64,000 nucleotides of DNA. Origin: Cyanobacteria bacterium RYN_339. Its GTDB lineage: Bacteria; Cyanobacteriota; Sericytochromatia; S15B-MN24; JAQBPE01. This document shows positions 46,401 through 54,320 of this stretch, in pieces; the stretch's first letter is position 1; every line of letters begins with the position of its first letter. A program made the position numbers and the translations under genes. The DNA lies in contig JAQBPE010000490.1 in assembly GCA_028287685.1 (NCBI GenBank), positions 4,642 through 68,641 of the forward strand, in the 5' to 3' direction. Under the pieces are notes generated by a model that was given only the letters and a program-made list of their open reading frames with translations, did not search any database and had not been told where the DNA came from.

Positions 46401-46522
46401 TCGACATCCGGGTCGTCGTCCACGCCCAGCCCACGATAGGCGAGCAGCCCCATCAAGGTGAGCACGAGGAAGAGCAAGATGACGGGGATGGGCCGCTTGA
46501 TGGCCCAGGCAGAGACGTTCAT
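43418..46522 (-). CDS. RND efflux transporter permease (AcrB/HAE1-like)
   Basis: N-terminus MNVSAWAIKRPIPVILLFLVLTLMG, 12-TM / two-large-loop layout, about 1030 aa. ATG 46522 chosen. Confidence 0.95.
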   Translation of the reverse strand: MNVSAWAIKRPIPVILLFLVLTLMGLLAYRGLGVDDDPDVDFPVVVVSVGQAGAAPTELETQVTRKIEDGLVGIANLDHIMSTVTEGSSTTVAEFKVGTNSERALNDVRDAVSKLRQTLPNDIREPNIMHPTGAGEPFITYSLASPKRSVAELSYLVDHDISRALLGVSGVSQVDREGGVTREVRIALDPGRLRALNTTVDAVGLQLKALNVNSPGGRADAGGKEQSIRTLGSAASIDELKATRIGLGNGNFARLDQLGTVEDTVKEVRTKAFLNGKPSVAFSVVRSKGSPQVQTEEATVKAVEELKKSLPADVELTLVRTMADYTRQTFRSTMEALVVGAVLAVLVIWLFLRNWQSTFISALAIPLSIIATFACMKVLHFTLNGLTMLALTLVVGILVDDAIVDLENIYRHIGLGKKPFVAALEATDEIGLAIVATTFTIVAVFLPVAFMSGITGQFFKSFGITVAIAVMFSLLVARTLTPMMAAYMLPERVAAEVHLDDDARWRRVYNAILTWALDHRWLTMAFAVVMFVGSCALVPFIPTGFIENGDIGQARIDVALPPGSLLADTERATAAAAAMVQGRPEVKTVFMTIGGGDVARAHINVMLKPRSERSVTLAAFEAAVRPLFAKIPGARVELHHFGVGGAKPVNILLSGTDTDALGRVGEQLITQMRGLPDLRDVTSSAAELRPEVEIVPDFARAAEQGVSVMAIGRAARLGTQGDVDFNLPKYNAGDQQVDIRVQLADAARTDLAAMGDLLVQGRNGLVPLRTVADVHMGTGPVQIDRFDRARQVTFTANLGTDANLGDALKKVKALPVMHNLPPGVSQGTRGESNIMEEVFTQFAIALVTAVLFIYAVLVLLFGGFLQPLTIMMALPLSFGGALIGLMLAHKMLGLMALIGIVMLMGLVTKNSILLVEYTIMARHRGVERREALMAAGRDRLRPILMTTIAMIAGMLPMALALGEGTEGLSPMAVAVIGGLVTSTVFTLVVIPAAYTFIDDIQEFFNRATARFRRPMPDMESVVPAATALDPAAKR

Positions 46523-46692
46523 GCCCCCAGCGTACCCGGTCCCGCGCCGCCCGTCACCCCGGACCCGCATGCCTGGTGCGACATCCGCTGGATTATGGGA
46601 ATTTTGGGGTCTTGTGTTATTATGTCAAATAGTCTTGTGGATCTTGTTAAGTCGCGCCGGGCTCGCTTCTACGGGATCTTCCAGTAATACGC

Positions 46693-46746
46693 TTTTACAT
46701 AACGCTATTTTGACTTGTCAAGCGCACGGGGGCGCTTTAACATAAC
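46693..46746. promoter_or_regulatory. Repeat/palindrome cluster in the AT-rich RND / PAS-kinase divergent region (candidate operator)
   Basis: Direct repeat TTT(T/A)ACATAAC at 46693-46703 and 46736-46746, flanking the palindrome TTGAC-TT-GTCAA (46710-46721). Confidence 0.35.
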
Positions 46747-46778
46747 AAGCCGCGTTTGACGCGAAAGCGAGGGTGCTT

Positions 46779-48329
46779 ATGGATGACACATCCGTCACAA
46801 CGGGGCTTCCCCAAAGGGCGGTGCCCGTGGTGTTCTACCGGCACGATCGCGCGCATTCCGAGGTCGTGGCCTCGCTCAAGCAGTTGGTGCGCCAGAACGC
46901 GTTCAAGGCCATGGTGCTGTGTGCCGCCGCCGAAGGCATCGTGGGCATCGATGCCAACGGCCTGATCGGCTACGCCAACCCAGCCGCCGCCCGCCTGTGG
47001 GGCGGCTCCAAGCGCGAGCTGCGCGGCCTGCCTTTGGCGCTGGTCGTGGGCGAGGACGGGGGCGACGAGCGCGTCTTCCGTCGGCGCGACGGCACCAACC
47101 TGGTGGTGGAATACCACCACACGCCGATCACGCGCCACGGCAAGCCGGTGGGCGCGGTCGTCTCGTTCACCGACATCACGCGCCGCAAGGAGCTGGAGGC
47201 GGAGATGCGCCAGAGCCAGCGCTTGCTCGCGGAAGCCGAGGCATTGGCCCGGCTGGGCAGCTGGGAATGGACCCTCCACACCAACCGCCTGACCTGGAGC
47301 GATCAGTTCTACCGGGTGCTGGGCCTGGTGCCGCGGGCGGTGGAGCCCAGCTTCGAGGGCCTGATCGAGCGCAGCCACCCCGAGGATCGCGCCCGCGTGC
47401 GGGAGGCGATCGCCCTCGCCTCCCGCGGCCGGCCGTTCGACTTCGAGCACCGCGTCGTGACGCCCGACGGCGACCTGCGCATGCTGCATTGCCGCGGCGA
47501 GGCCGTCCTCGACGCCCAGGGCCAGCCGGTCAAGCTGGTGGGCACGGCCCAGGACGTCACGGAGATGGCGCGCGCCCGCGAGGCCCTGCGCCAGAGCGAG
47601 GAGCGCGAGCACCAAATCGAGATCATGCGCCGCTCCGACGCGCTGAAAGATCAGCTCATGAACACGCTCTCGCACGAGCTGCGCACGCCGATCAGCGTGA
47701 TCTCGGGCTTCACGAACATCATCCAGGAGGAGTTGGCGGGCCCGCTGACGGCGGAGCAGCGCGACTACCTGGGCCAGATCCAGGGCGAGGCCGACCATCT
47801 GCTGAAGCTGATCAACGACCTGCTGGAGCTCGGGCAGATCCAGGCCGGCAAGTTGATGTTGGACCCGCACCCCGTGCACCTGGCGGAGATCGTCAAGGAC
47901 GTCTTCGCGCAGATGGCGCCGATGGCCGAGGAGAAGCAGCAGCACCTGGTGGACGAGGTGCCGCTGGAGCTGCCCCTGGTGCAGGCCGACGACGCGCGCA
48001 TCGCCCAGGTGCTCACCCACCTGCTCTTGAACGCCATCAAGTTCGGGCCGGAGGGCAGCACCACCTACGTGCGCGCCTGCGTGGACGGCGGAGCGCTGTA
48101 CTGCGAGGTGGAGGACGGCGGCGTGGGCATCCCCGACGAGCAGGTGCCCAAGCTCTTCCAACGCTTCACGCAGCTGGACATGACCACCACCCGGCGCTAC
48201 GGCGGCGTGGGCATCGGGCTGTTCATCAGCAAGGCGCTGATCGAGGCGCACCATGGCGCCATCGGCCTGACCCGCGTGCCGGGCCGGGGCAACACCTTCT
48301 GGTTCAGCCTGCCGTTGCGGGCCGCCTGA
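46779..48329 (+). CDS. PAS-domain sensor histidine kinase (2 x PAS, HisKA, HATPase_c), cytoplasmic
   Basis: GAGGGTG SD before ATG 46779; PAS blocks (GIVGIDANGLIGYANPAAARLWG; LGSWEWTLHTNRLTWSDQFYRVLG); H-box LSHELRTPIS; NAIKFG, DGGVGIP, GGVGIGL. Confidence 0.9.
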   Translation: MDDTSVTTGLPQRAVPVVFYRHDRAHSEVVASLKQLVRQNAFKAMVLCAAAEGIVGIDANGLIGYANPAAARLWGGSKRELRGLPLALVVGEDGGDERVFRRRDGTNLVVEYHHTPITRHGKPVGAVVSFTDITRRKELEAEMRQSQRLLAEAEALARLGSWEWTLHTNRLTWSDQFYRVLGLVPRAVEPSFEGLIERSHPEDRARVREAIALASRGRPFDFEHRVVTPDGDLRMLHCRGEAVLDAQGQPVKLVGTAQDVTEMARAREALRQSEEREHQIEIMRRSDALKDQLMNTLSHELRTPISVISGFTNIIQEELAGPLTAEQRDYLGQIQGEADHLLKLINDLLELGQIQAGKLMLDPHPVHLAEIVKDVFAQMAPMAEEKQQHLVDEVPLELPLVQADDARIAQVLTHLLLNAIKFGPEGSTTYVRACVDGGALYCEVEDGGVGIPDEQVPKLFQRFTQLDMTTTRRYGGVGIGLFISKALIEAHHGAIGLTRVPGRGNTFWFSLPLRAA

Positions 48330-48333
48330 ACCC

Positions 48334-49647
48334 TTACTTGCTGGGGGAAGGCGCCGGCGCCATCGGGGAGGCCGGCGTCGAGGCGCCGGCGTCGGTGCCC
48401 ACGGCCAATGCCGGGGCCACATCCACCTTGTCGCCGTCCTTCAGGAAGCCGACACCGGCCGTGATGACCTTCTCGCCGGCCTTCAGGCCGTCGTTGATGG
48501 CCACCAGGCCGCCCGAGCGGGTGCCCGGCACGACCTTGCGGGCCTTGGCCAGGTTGCCGTCGAGCACGAAGACCTCGGAGCCGCTCTCCTTGGTCACGAC
48601 CGCGGCAGCAGGGACCACCAGGCTGGGGGTGTCGCCCAGCTGCGCCTGGGCGCGCACGAAGTTGCCCACCTGGAAGCCGCTGCCCACCGGCAGGTCGATC
48701 TTCACCATCGCCTGGCGGCTGGTGGCGTCCACGCTGGGGCTGATGATGCGGATCTTGCCGGTGGCGTGCAGGTCCGGGCGGGCGTCGGAGCTCACGTCCA
48801 CGGACTGGCCGACGCTGACCTTGGCGAGGTCGGTCTCGGGCACGGTGGCCTGGACCTCCAGGCGCGAGTCGCGCACCATCTGGAAGAGCGCCTTGCCGGG
48901 CGAGGCCACGTCGCCCAGGTGGGCGTCGCGCTTGATGATCTGGCCGGCGGCGGGCGCCACCACGCGGGTCTGGTCGAGCGCGGCCTCGATCTGGCGCACG
49001 CTGGCGCGCGCTTCGGCGGCCGAAGCCTCCGCGATGCGGATGTCTTCCGGGCGCGAGCCTTCGCGCGTCAGCGACAGGCGCTGGCGGGCTTGCTCGGCGG
49101 TGGCGATCGCCGCGTTCAAAGCGGTCTGGCGGGTGACGAGGTCGGCCTCGGACACGCCGCCTTCGGTTTGCAGCTCCTTGAAGCGGTTGTAGGCGTCACG
49201 CGCGGAGGCCACCTGGGCCTCGGCCTGGGCCAGGGCGGCCTCGGAGCTGCGGTAGTCCTGGCGGCGGCTGGGCTGGCGCATCTTGGCGAGCTGGGCCTGG
49301 GCGCTGCTGGAGCGCGCGCGGGCAGCCGACAACTGGGCTTGCAGCGACTCGTCATCCAACTGGGCCAGCAGCTGGCCCTTGCTCACGACGTCGCCCTCTT
49401 CCACGGCCACGCGCATGATGCGCAGGCCCTGGGCCGCGGGCATCACCGGCAGCGGGTCCCAGGCGGCGACGGAGCCCGTCATATCCAGCTTCCGCGGCAG
49501 CGGCTTCACGGTGGCCGGCTCCGCGGCGACGGTCAGCACGGACGGCGCCTCCGTCTGCTTGGGCTTGTCCTTCTTGCAGCCGCCGGTCGCCAACAGAGCA
49601 ACGGCCAGGCAAGCGGCGAGCGGGGCATGGAGACGGCGGAGCGACAT
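48334..49647 (-). CDS. RND efflux periplasmic adaptor (membrane fusion protein) lipoprotein
   Basis: GAGGA SD before ATG 49647; lipobox LLATGGC; HlyD/AcrA-like lipoyl, coiled-coil and beta-barrel pattern. Confidence 0.9.
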   Translation of the reverse strand: MSLRRLHAPLAACLAVALLATGGCKKDKPKQTEAPSVLTVAAEPATVKPLPRKLDMTGSVAAWDPLPVMPAAQGLRIMRVAVEEGDVVSKGQLLAQLDDESLQAQLSAARARSSSAQAQLAKMRQPSRRQDYRSSEAALAQAEAQVASARDAYNRFKELQTEGGVSEADLVTRQTALNAAIATAEQARQRLSLTREGSRPEDIRIAEASAAEARASVRQIEAALDQTRVVAPAAGQIIKRDAHLGDVASPGKALFQMVRDSRLEVQATVPETDLAKVSVGQSVDVSSDARPDLHATGKIRIISPSVDATSRQAMVKIDLPVGSGFQVGNFVRAQAQLGDTPSLVVPAAAVVTKESGSEVFVLDGNLAKARKVVPGTRSGGLVAINDGLKAGEKVITAGVGFLKDGDKVDVAPALAVGTDAGASTPASPMAPAPSPSK

Positions 49648-49681
49648 CGATCGTGATCCTCGGGGCTTGAAAGGCGTTCCG

Positions 49682-49720
49682 TTTAATTTAAGCAGCAAAT
49701 ATTTTGATAGTCAAATTAAA
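49682..49720. promoter_or_regulatory. Inverted repeat in the AT-rich divergent promoter region (candidate operator)
   Basis: tttaattt (49682-49689) and aaattaaa (49713-49720) form a perfect 8-bp inverted repeat with a 23-nt spacer. Confidence 0.3.
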
Positions 49721-49737
49721 GTGCTGGACCGCCGCCA

Positions 49738-50478
49738 TTGTACCCGGTGGGCTATGATGTGGCGGTGTCGGATACCGCTCTCCAAGGCGCCACGTTCTTG
49801 ACCGCCGAGTGGCGGCACCTGGCCATGATCAACTACGCGATCGACCCCGCGGTGCTGCTGCCCGTGGTCCCGCGCGGCACGGAGCTGGACCTCTGGCAGG
49901 GCGAAGCCTACGTCAGCCTGGTGGGCTTCATGTTCCAGGACACGCGCCTGCTGGGCGTGCCCATCCCGTTCCACCGCTCCTTCGAGGAGGTCAACTTGCG
50001 CTTCTACGTGCGCCGGGGCGACAAGCGCGGCGTGGTGTTCATCAAGGAGCTGGTGCCCAAGGCCGCCGTGGCCGCCGTGGCGCGCTGGGTCTACCGCGAG
50101 AACTACGAGGCGGTGCCGATGGACCACCTGGTGTTGGAGGGGGGGCGCGTGGAGTACAGCTGGCGCTACGGCGGCCGCACCCACCACCTGGCCGTGCACC
50201 CGGAGGGCCCCTTCGAGCCCCTGATCCCGGGCACGGAGCCGGCGTTCATCGCGGAGCATTATTGGGGCTACGCCGCCCAGCGCGACGGCGGCACCATGGA
50301 ATACCAGGTGGCGCACCCGCCTTGGCGCGCCGCGCGCGTGCGCACGCCGGAGGTGGACATCGACGCGGCGGCGCTCTATGGGGCGGCCTACGCCCCGGCG
50401 CTGTCTGCCGCCCCGCGCTCGGCCTTCCTGGCGGAGGGCTCGGCGATCGCGGTGGGCCGGGGCACGCGCCTTGGCTAA
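49738..50478 (+). CDS. DUF2071 (YqjF-like) family protein
   Basis: FLTAEWRHLAMINYAIDPAVLLPVVPRGTELDLWQGEAYVSLVGFMF matches the recalled family pattern. Start is uncertain (TTG 49738 or GTG 49747-49765). Confidence 0.65.
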   Translation: MYPVGYDVAVSDTALQGATFLTAEWRHLAMINYAIDPAVLLPVVPRGTELDLWQGEAYVSLVGFMFQDTRLLGVPIPFHRSFEEVNLRFYVRRGDKRGVVFIKELVPKAAVAAVARWVYRENYEAVPMDHLVLEGGRVEYSWRYGGRTHHLAVHPEGPFEPLIPGTEPAFIAEHYWGYAAQRDGGTMEYQVAHPPWRAARVRTPEVDIDAAALYGAAYAPALSAAPRSAFLAEGSAIAVGRGTRLG

Positions 50479-51070
50479 CCGCTACGCCGCGGACCCGTTC
50501 TCGCGGGCGGTCGCGTGGCTGAGGCGCCCGCGCTCGAAGGCCGTGGAGTGCGCGTGGATCTTCGTGTTTGCCGCCGTCGGCGCCTTCACGATCCGCGCCC
50601 AGGTGCTGGAGGCGCGCTACATCCCCAGCCGCTCGATGGAGCCCACGCTGCGGATCGACGACCGCCTGCTGGTGGAGAAGATCGGCGCGCACTTCTGGGT
50701 GCCCAAGCGCGGCGACATCCTGGTCTTCAACCCGCCGCCGTTGGCCAACGACATCCACAACGCCCTGATCAAGCGCGTGATCGGCCTGCCGGGCGAGAAG
50801 GTCGCGATCCATGCCGGCAAGGTCTGGATCAACGGCAAGCCGCTCAACGAGCCTTACGTGATGGAAGGCCCCAAGTACCCGGAGCCCGATTGGGAACGCC
50901 TGGGCATGCCGAACGGCCTGGTGCCGCTGCGCGGGCTCTTCATGATGGGCGACAACCGCAACAACAGCCAGGACAGCCACGTCTTCGGCCCCGTACCGAT
51001 CGACAACGTGGTCGGCCACCCCTTCTTGCGCTTCTGGCCACCGGCGAGTGTTGGCCGGATCTGGCATTAG
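50471..51070 (+). CDS. lepB: Signal peptidase I
   Basis: Ser box IPSRSMEPTL, Lys box LIKRVIGLPGE, box E GDNRNNSQDSHVFGPV. TTG 50471 overlaps the upstream stop; ATG 50378 would overlap the previous gene by 100 nt. Confidence 0.85.
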   Translation: MANRYAADPFSRAVAWLRRPRSKAVECAWIFVFAAVGAFTIRAQVLEARYIPSRSMEPTLRIDDRLLVEKIGAHFWVPKRGDILVFNPPPLANDIHNALIKRVIGLPGEKVAIHAGKVWINGKPLNEPYVMEGPKYPEPDWERLGMPNGLVPLRGLFMMGDNRNNSQDSHVFGPVPIDNVVGHPFLRFWPPASVGRIWH

Positions 51071-51081
51071 CGGGGTAAAAG

Positions 51082-51498
51082 GTGGCCATGAAGCTAGGCT
51101 ACGCGTTCGTGGCCGCCGCGCTGGCGGTGGGCTGCAACCTCCCCAACAGCACCCCGGTCGCCAGCGTGGACCTCTCGAAGGTCGTGATGGCCCGCACCGG
51201 GCCGGACGCCATCACGATCATGGGCAAGCCGGGCGCGATCAGCGGCGCCAAGACGACCACCGTCACGCTCACGATCGGCCGCGCGCCCTCGCCGTCGCCC
51301 AAGGCCCTCACCCTGCTTCATTTCGGTGACCACCTGCCCATCACGTCCACGTACGCGCTGGTCGACGAGGCCGGCGGCTTCCCCGCCACCGTCGCCGGCG
51401 ACGCCGACCACGTCGTGAAGACCGGCGACGAGCTGGGCTTGACGCCGCAGAACGGCACGGTCCAGGCCGGTTACACCGTCTTCTCGCCCGTCCCATGA
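51082..51498 (+). CDS. Hypothetical lipoprotein (138 aa, beta-rich)
   Basis: Lipobox ALAVGC; ATGA overlap with the next gene. Confidence 0.6.
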   Translation: MAMKLGYAFVAAALAVGCNLPNSTPVASVDLSKVVMARTGPDAITIMGKPGAISGAKTTTVTLTIGRAPSPSPKALTLLHFGDHLPITSTYALVDEAGGFPATVAGDADHVVKTGDELGLTPQNGTVQAGYTVFSPVP

Positions 51499-52010
51499 GG
51501 CGCTGGCTTTGGGCGGCCTGCTGGCTGGCCGCATGCACCCCCTTGCCGCCGACCGTTCCGGAGCCCACGCCGGCGGCGTTGTGGCCGGCCCCGGCCGACA
51601 TGGGCGCGGCGATCGCCGCCGCCAAGCTCGACGAGGGCCCGATCCTCGAGAAGGGCACGACGGCCTGGCTGATCCACCTCGACGTCTATAAGGACCGCCA
51701 GCCCATCATCGTGCCGCCCAACCTGGGCATCGATTTCAAGAGCGGCAACGCCGCGCCGCTGCACACCCACCTCGCCAACGGCATCCTGAGCGTGGAGACC
51801 ACGGAGCGGCGGCGCTACACCCTGGGCCAGGTCTTCACGCTCTGGGGCGTGCCGCTCGCGGGCGCCACGGCCTACGTCAACGGCAAGGCGGCGCCGGACG
51901 CCGCCGGGGTGGAGCTGGCCGACCTGCAAGAGATCGCCGTGGTCTTCGGCACGCCCCCTGCCACCATCCCCAGCACGCTGCCCGCCTGGACCGGAGTATT
52001 CCCCCAATGA
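51495..52010 (+). CDS. Hypothetical lipoprotein (171 aa) with conserved-looking His block
   Basis: Lipobox WLAACT; AWLIHLDVYKDRQPIIVPPNLGI ... PLHTHLANGILSVE ... LGQVFTLWG. ATGA overlaps on both sides. Confidence 0.65.
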   Translation: MRRWLWAACWLAACTPLPPTVPEPTPAALWPAPADMGAAIAAAKLDEGPILEKGTTAWLIHLDVYKDRQPIIVPPNLGIDFKSGNAAPLHTHLANGILSVETTERRRYTLGQVFTLWGVPLAGATAYVNGKAAPDAAGVELADLQEIAVVFGTPPATIPSTLPAWTGVFPQ

Positions 52011-53776
52011 TCCCCTTCGTGCTCGCCCTGGCCGCCCTCCCGCACGCCGTGGCCCCGGCGGCCCCGCGGGAGCTGCCGCCCTTCGAGTTGCAGGCCGCCG
52101 ACGGCCCCATCACGCCGGAACTCCTGAAGGGGCGCTGGACCTGGCTGTACCTGGGCTTCGCCAACTGCCCGGACATCTGCCCCACCACCCTGGGCTACCT
52201 GGCGGACCAGTACCGCCGGCTGGCGGACCCCGCCAAGGTGCAGGTGCTCTTCGTCTCCGTGGACCCCGCGCGCGACACGCCCGCCACCCTCGCGCAGTAC
52301 ACCCGCTACTTCCACCCCGCGTTCCAGGGCGCCACCGGCAACCGGCTGGCGCTGGACACGTTGGCGGCCGGCCTGGGCACGCGCTTCGAAGTGGGCAAGC
52401 CCCGCGAGCCGGGCGGTTCGTATGGCGTGATGCACCCCAACAGCGTCTTCGTAATCGATCCCAAGGGCCGGCTGGTCGGCACCTACGCCCCTGCCGGCGA
52501 CGAGCTTTCGGCCGACTTCAACGAGGCGCCGCCGGTCGCCGTGGCGCCGGCCGCGTCGGTGCCCGCCTGGTGCACCCCGCCCGTGCTGATGGAGCGCAAC
52601 CGCGCCATGGGCTCCGGCACCGCCCTGATCCCGGCGGTCAGTCCGATGCGCAATTGGGCCGTCACGGCGGAAGACTGGCTGTGGATGTTCCACGGCAACG
52701 CCGTGCTGGGCTACAACTTCCAGGGCGGGCCGCGGGGCGACCTGACGTGGGCCGCGGAGAACTGGGGGATGGCGATGGGCACCCGCCCGCTGGGCCCGGG
52801 CCTGCTGGATTTGCGCCTGATGGGCAGCGCGGAGGCCTTCACCTTGCCCGCCGGCGGCACGCCGCAGCTGTTCCAGGCCGGCGAGACCTACCGCTTCAAC
52901 CCCTTGATCGACCACCAGCATCCCCACGACCTGATCATGGAGCTGGCCGCGCGCTACACCTGGCGTTACGACGACGCCACGGACCTGTTCCTCTACGGCG
53001 GCCCTGCCGGCGAGCCGGCCCTGGGCCCCTCGGCCTTCATGCACCGCCCCTCGGCCGCGGACAACGCCTGGGCCCCCCTGGGCCACCACAACCAAGACTC
53101 CACCCACATCAGCTACGGCGTGGCGACGGCCGGCGTGCGGCGCGGGCAGTTCCAGGTGGAGGCCTCCGCGTTCAACGGGCGCGAGCCGGACGAGGACCGC
53201 CTGAACCTGGACCTGGGCCCCATGGACTCGCTCTCCGGCCGCCTGAGCTGGATCCCGGACCCCCGCTGGGTTCTACAAGTATCCCACGGCCACCTGGTCG
53301 AGCCCGAGCGGCTGCACCCGGGCAACATCGAGCGCACCACCGCCTCGATCGCCTCCGTGCAGGCCACGGCCTGGGGCCCGCTGAGCACCCAGCTGACCTG
53401 GGGCCAGAACCTCGAAATCCACCCCGCCTTGGGCGCCTACCCGCACCAAAGCTACGGCCTGGAGAGCCAGCTCGACGCCTGGGAAACCTGGCACTGCTAC
53501 GGGCGCCTGGAGATCCTGGACCGCGACGGTCTGCCGCCCGGTCCGCCGTTGAACCACGACAACAAGCGCATCGAGGCCTTCACGCTGGGGCTGTGCAAGG
53601 ACCTGGGCATCTCCACCCGCTTCGACCTGGGATTGGGCGCGGACGCGACGGTGTATGGCAAGGACAGCTCGCTGGATGCCAACTACGGCTACAACCCCTT
53701 CGCCTTCCGCTTCTACCTGCGCTTGCGTCCGCCCGCCATGGGTGCCACGGGCACCCCGGACGGGATGCCCATGTGA
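52007..53776 (+). CDS. SCO1/SenC thioredoxin-like copper chaperone fused to a ~400-aa beta-barrel-like, His-rich domain
   Basis: SCO1 CxxxC LGFANCPDICPTT ... FVSVDPARDTP (about 52007-52560). The C-terminal domain has alternating-polarity strands, DHQHPHD and GHHNQDSTH blocks, and an aromatic terminal strand NPFAFRFYLRL. Confidence 0.8.
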   Translation: MIPFVLALAALPHAVAPAAPRELPPFELQAADGPITPELLKGRWTWLYLGFANCPDICPTTLGYLADQYRRLADPAKVQVLFVSVDPARDTPATLAQYTRYFHPAFQGATGNRLALDTLAAGLGTRFEVGKPREPGGSYGVMHPNSVFVIDPKGRLVGTYAPAGDELSADFNEAPPVAVAPAASVPAWCTPPVLMERNRAMGSGTALIPAVSPMRNWAVTAEDWLWMFHGNAVLGYNFQGGPRGDLTWAAENWGMAMGTRPLGPGLLDLRLMGSAEAFTLPAGGTPQLFQAGETYRFNPLIDHQHPHDLIMELAARYTWRYDDATDLFLYGGPAGEPALGPSAFMHRPSAADNAWAPLGHHNQDSTHISYGVATAGVRRGQFQVEASAFNGREPDEDRLNLDLGPMDSLSGRLSWIPDPRWVLQVSHGHLVEPERLHPGNIERTTASIASVQATAWGPLSTQLTWGQNLEIHPALGAYPHQSYGLESQLDAWETWHCYGRLEILDRDGLPPGPPLNHDNKRIEAFTLGLCKDLGISTRFDLGLGADATVYGKDSSLDANYGYNPFAFRFYLRLRPPAMGATGTPDGMPM

Positions 53777-54309
53777 TCCGCTGGCTTCTGGCAGCGCTGC
53801 TGCTTGCCGGTTGCCCGCAGGCGCGCCCGGCCTACCCCCACGCCCTGTCCGCCGCCTCGCCCCGCCCGATGCCGCTCGCCGCGCTCACGGGCGCGGACGG
53901 CAAGCCATTCTCGCTGGCGTCCTACCAGGGCAAGTGGGTGTGGCTGTACTTCGGCTACGCCAGTTGCCCGGACGTCTGCCCGACCACGCTGGGGAAGCTG
54001 GCGGACGAGTACCGGCGCTTGAAGCACCCGGAGAAGGTGCAAGTGCTCTTCGTCTCCGTCGACCCGGCCCGCGATCGCCCCGCCGCCGTGGGCAAGGCCG
54101 CCGTGCACTACCACCCCGCCTTTGCGGGCGTGGTGGGGGATAAGCCCGCGTTGGACGCGCTGACGGCCGCCCTGGGCACGCACTACGGCACGGAAGCCAA
54201 GGGGGGCGTCACCCACCCCGACCTGGTCTACGTGCTGGACCCGCAGGGGCGAGCCGTGGCGACGTACATGCCGGGGGCGGCGATCGCCGAGGACTTTGAA
54301 CAGCTTTAG
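53773..54309 (+). CDS. SCO1/SenC family copper chaperone lipoprotein
   Basis: GTG 53773 overlaps the upstream stop (ATGTGA); lipobox LLLAGC; FGYASCPDVCPTT ... FVSVDPARDRP. Confidence 0.85.
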   Translation: MIRWLLAALLLAGCPQARPAYPHALSAASPRPMPLAALTGADGKPFSLASYQGKWVWLYFGYASCPDVCPTTLGKLADEYRRLKHPEKVQVLFVSVDPARDRPAAVGKAAVHYHPAFAGVVGDKPALDALTAALGTHYGTEAKGGVTHPDLVYVLDPQGRAVATYMPGAAIAEDFEQL

Positions 54310-54320
54310 CTGGCCGCCCG

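Noticed and set aside
43367-46687. 1106-aa plus-strand ORF
   Set aside because: It lies exactly antisense to the RND pump gene. The translation is Arg/Gly/His/Asp-rich low complexity with no motifs, which is a typical high-GC shadow ORF. The minus-strand product has a full AcrB-like pattern.
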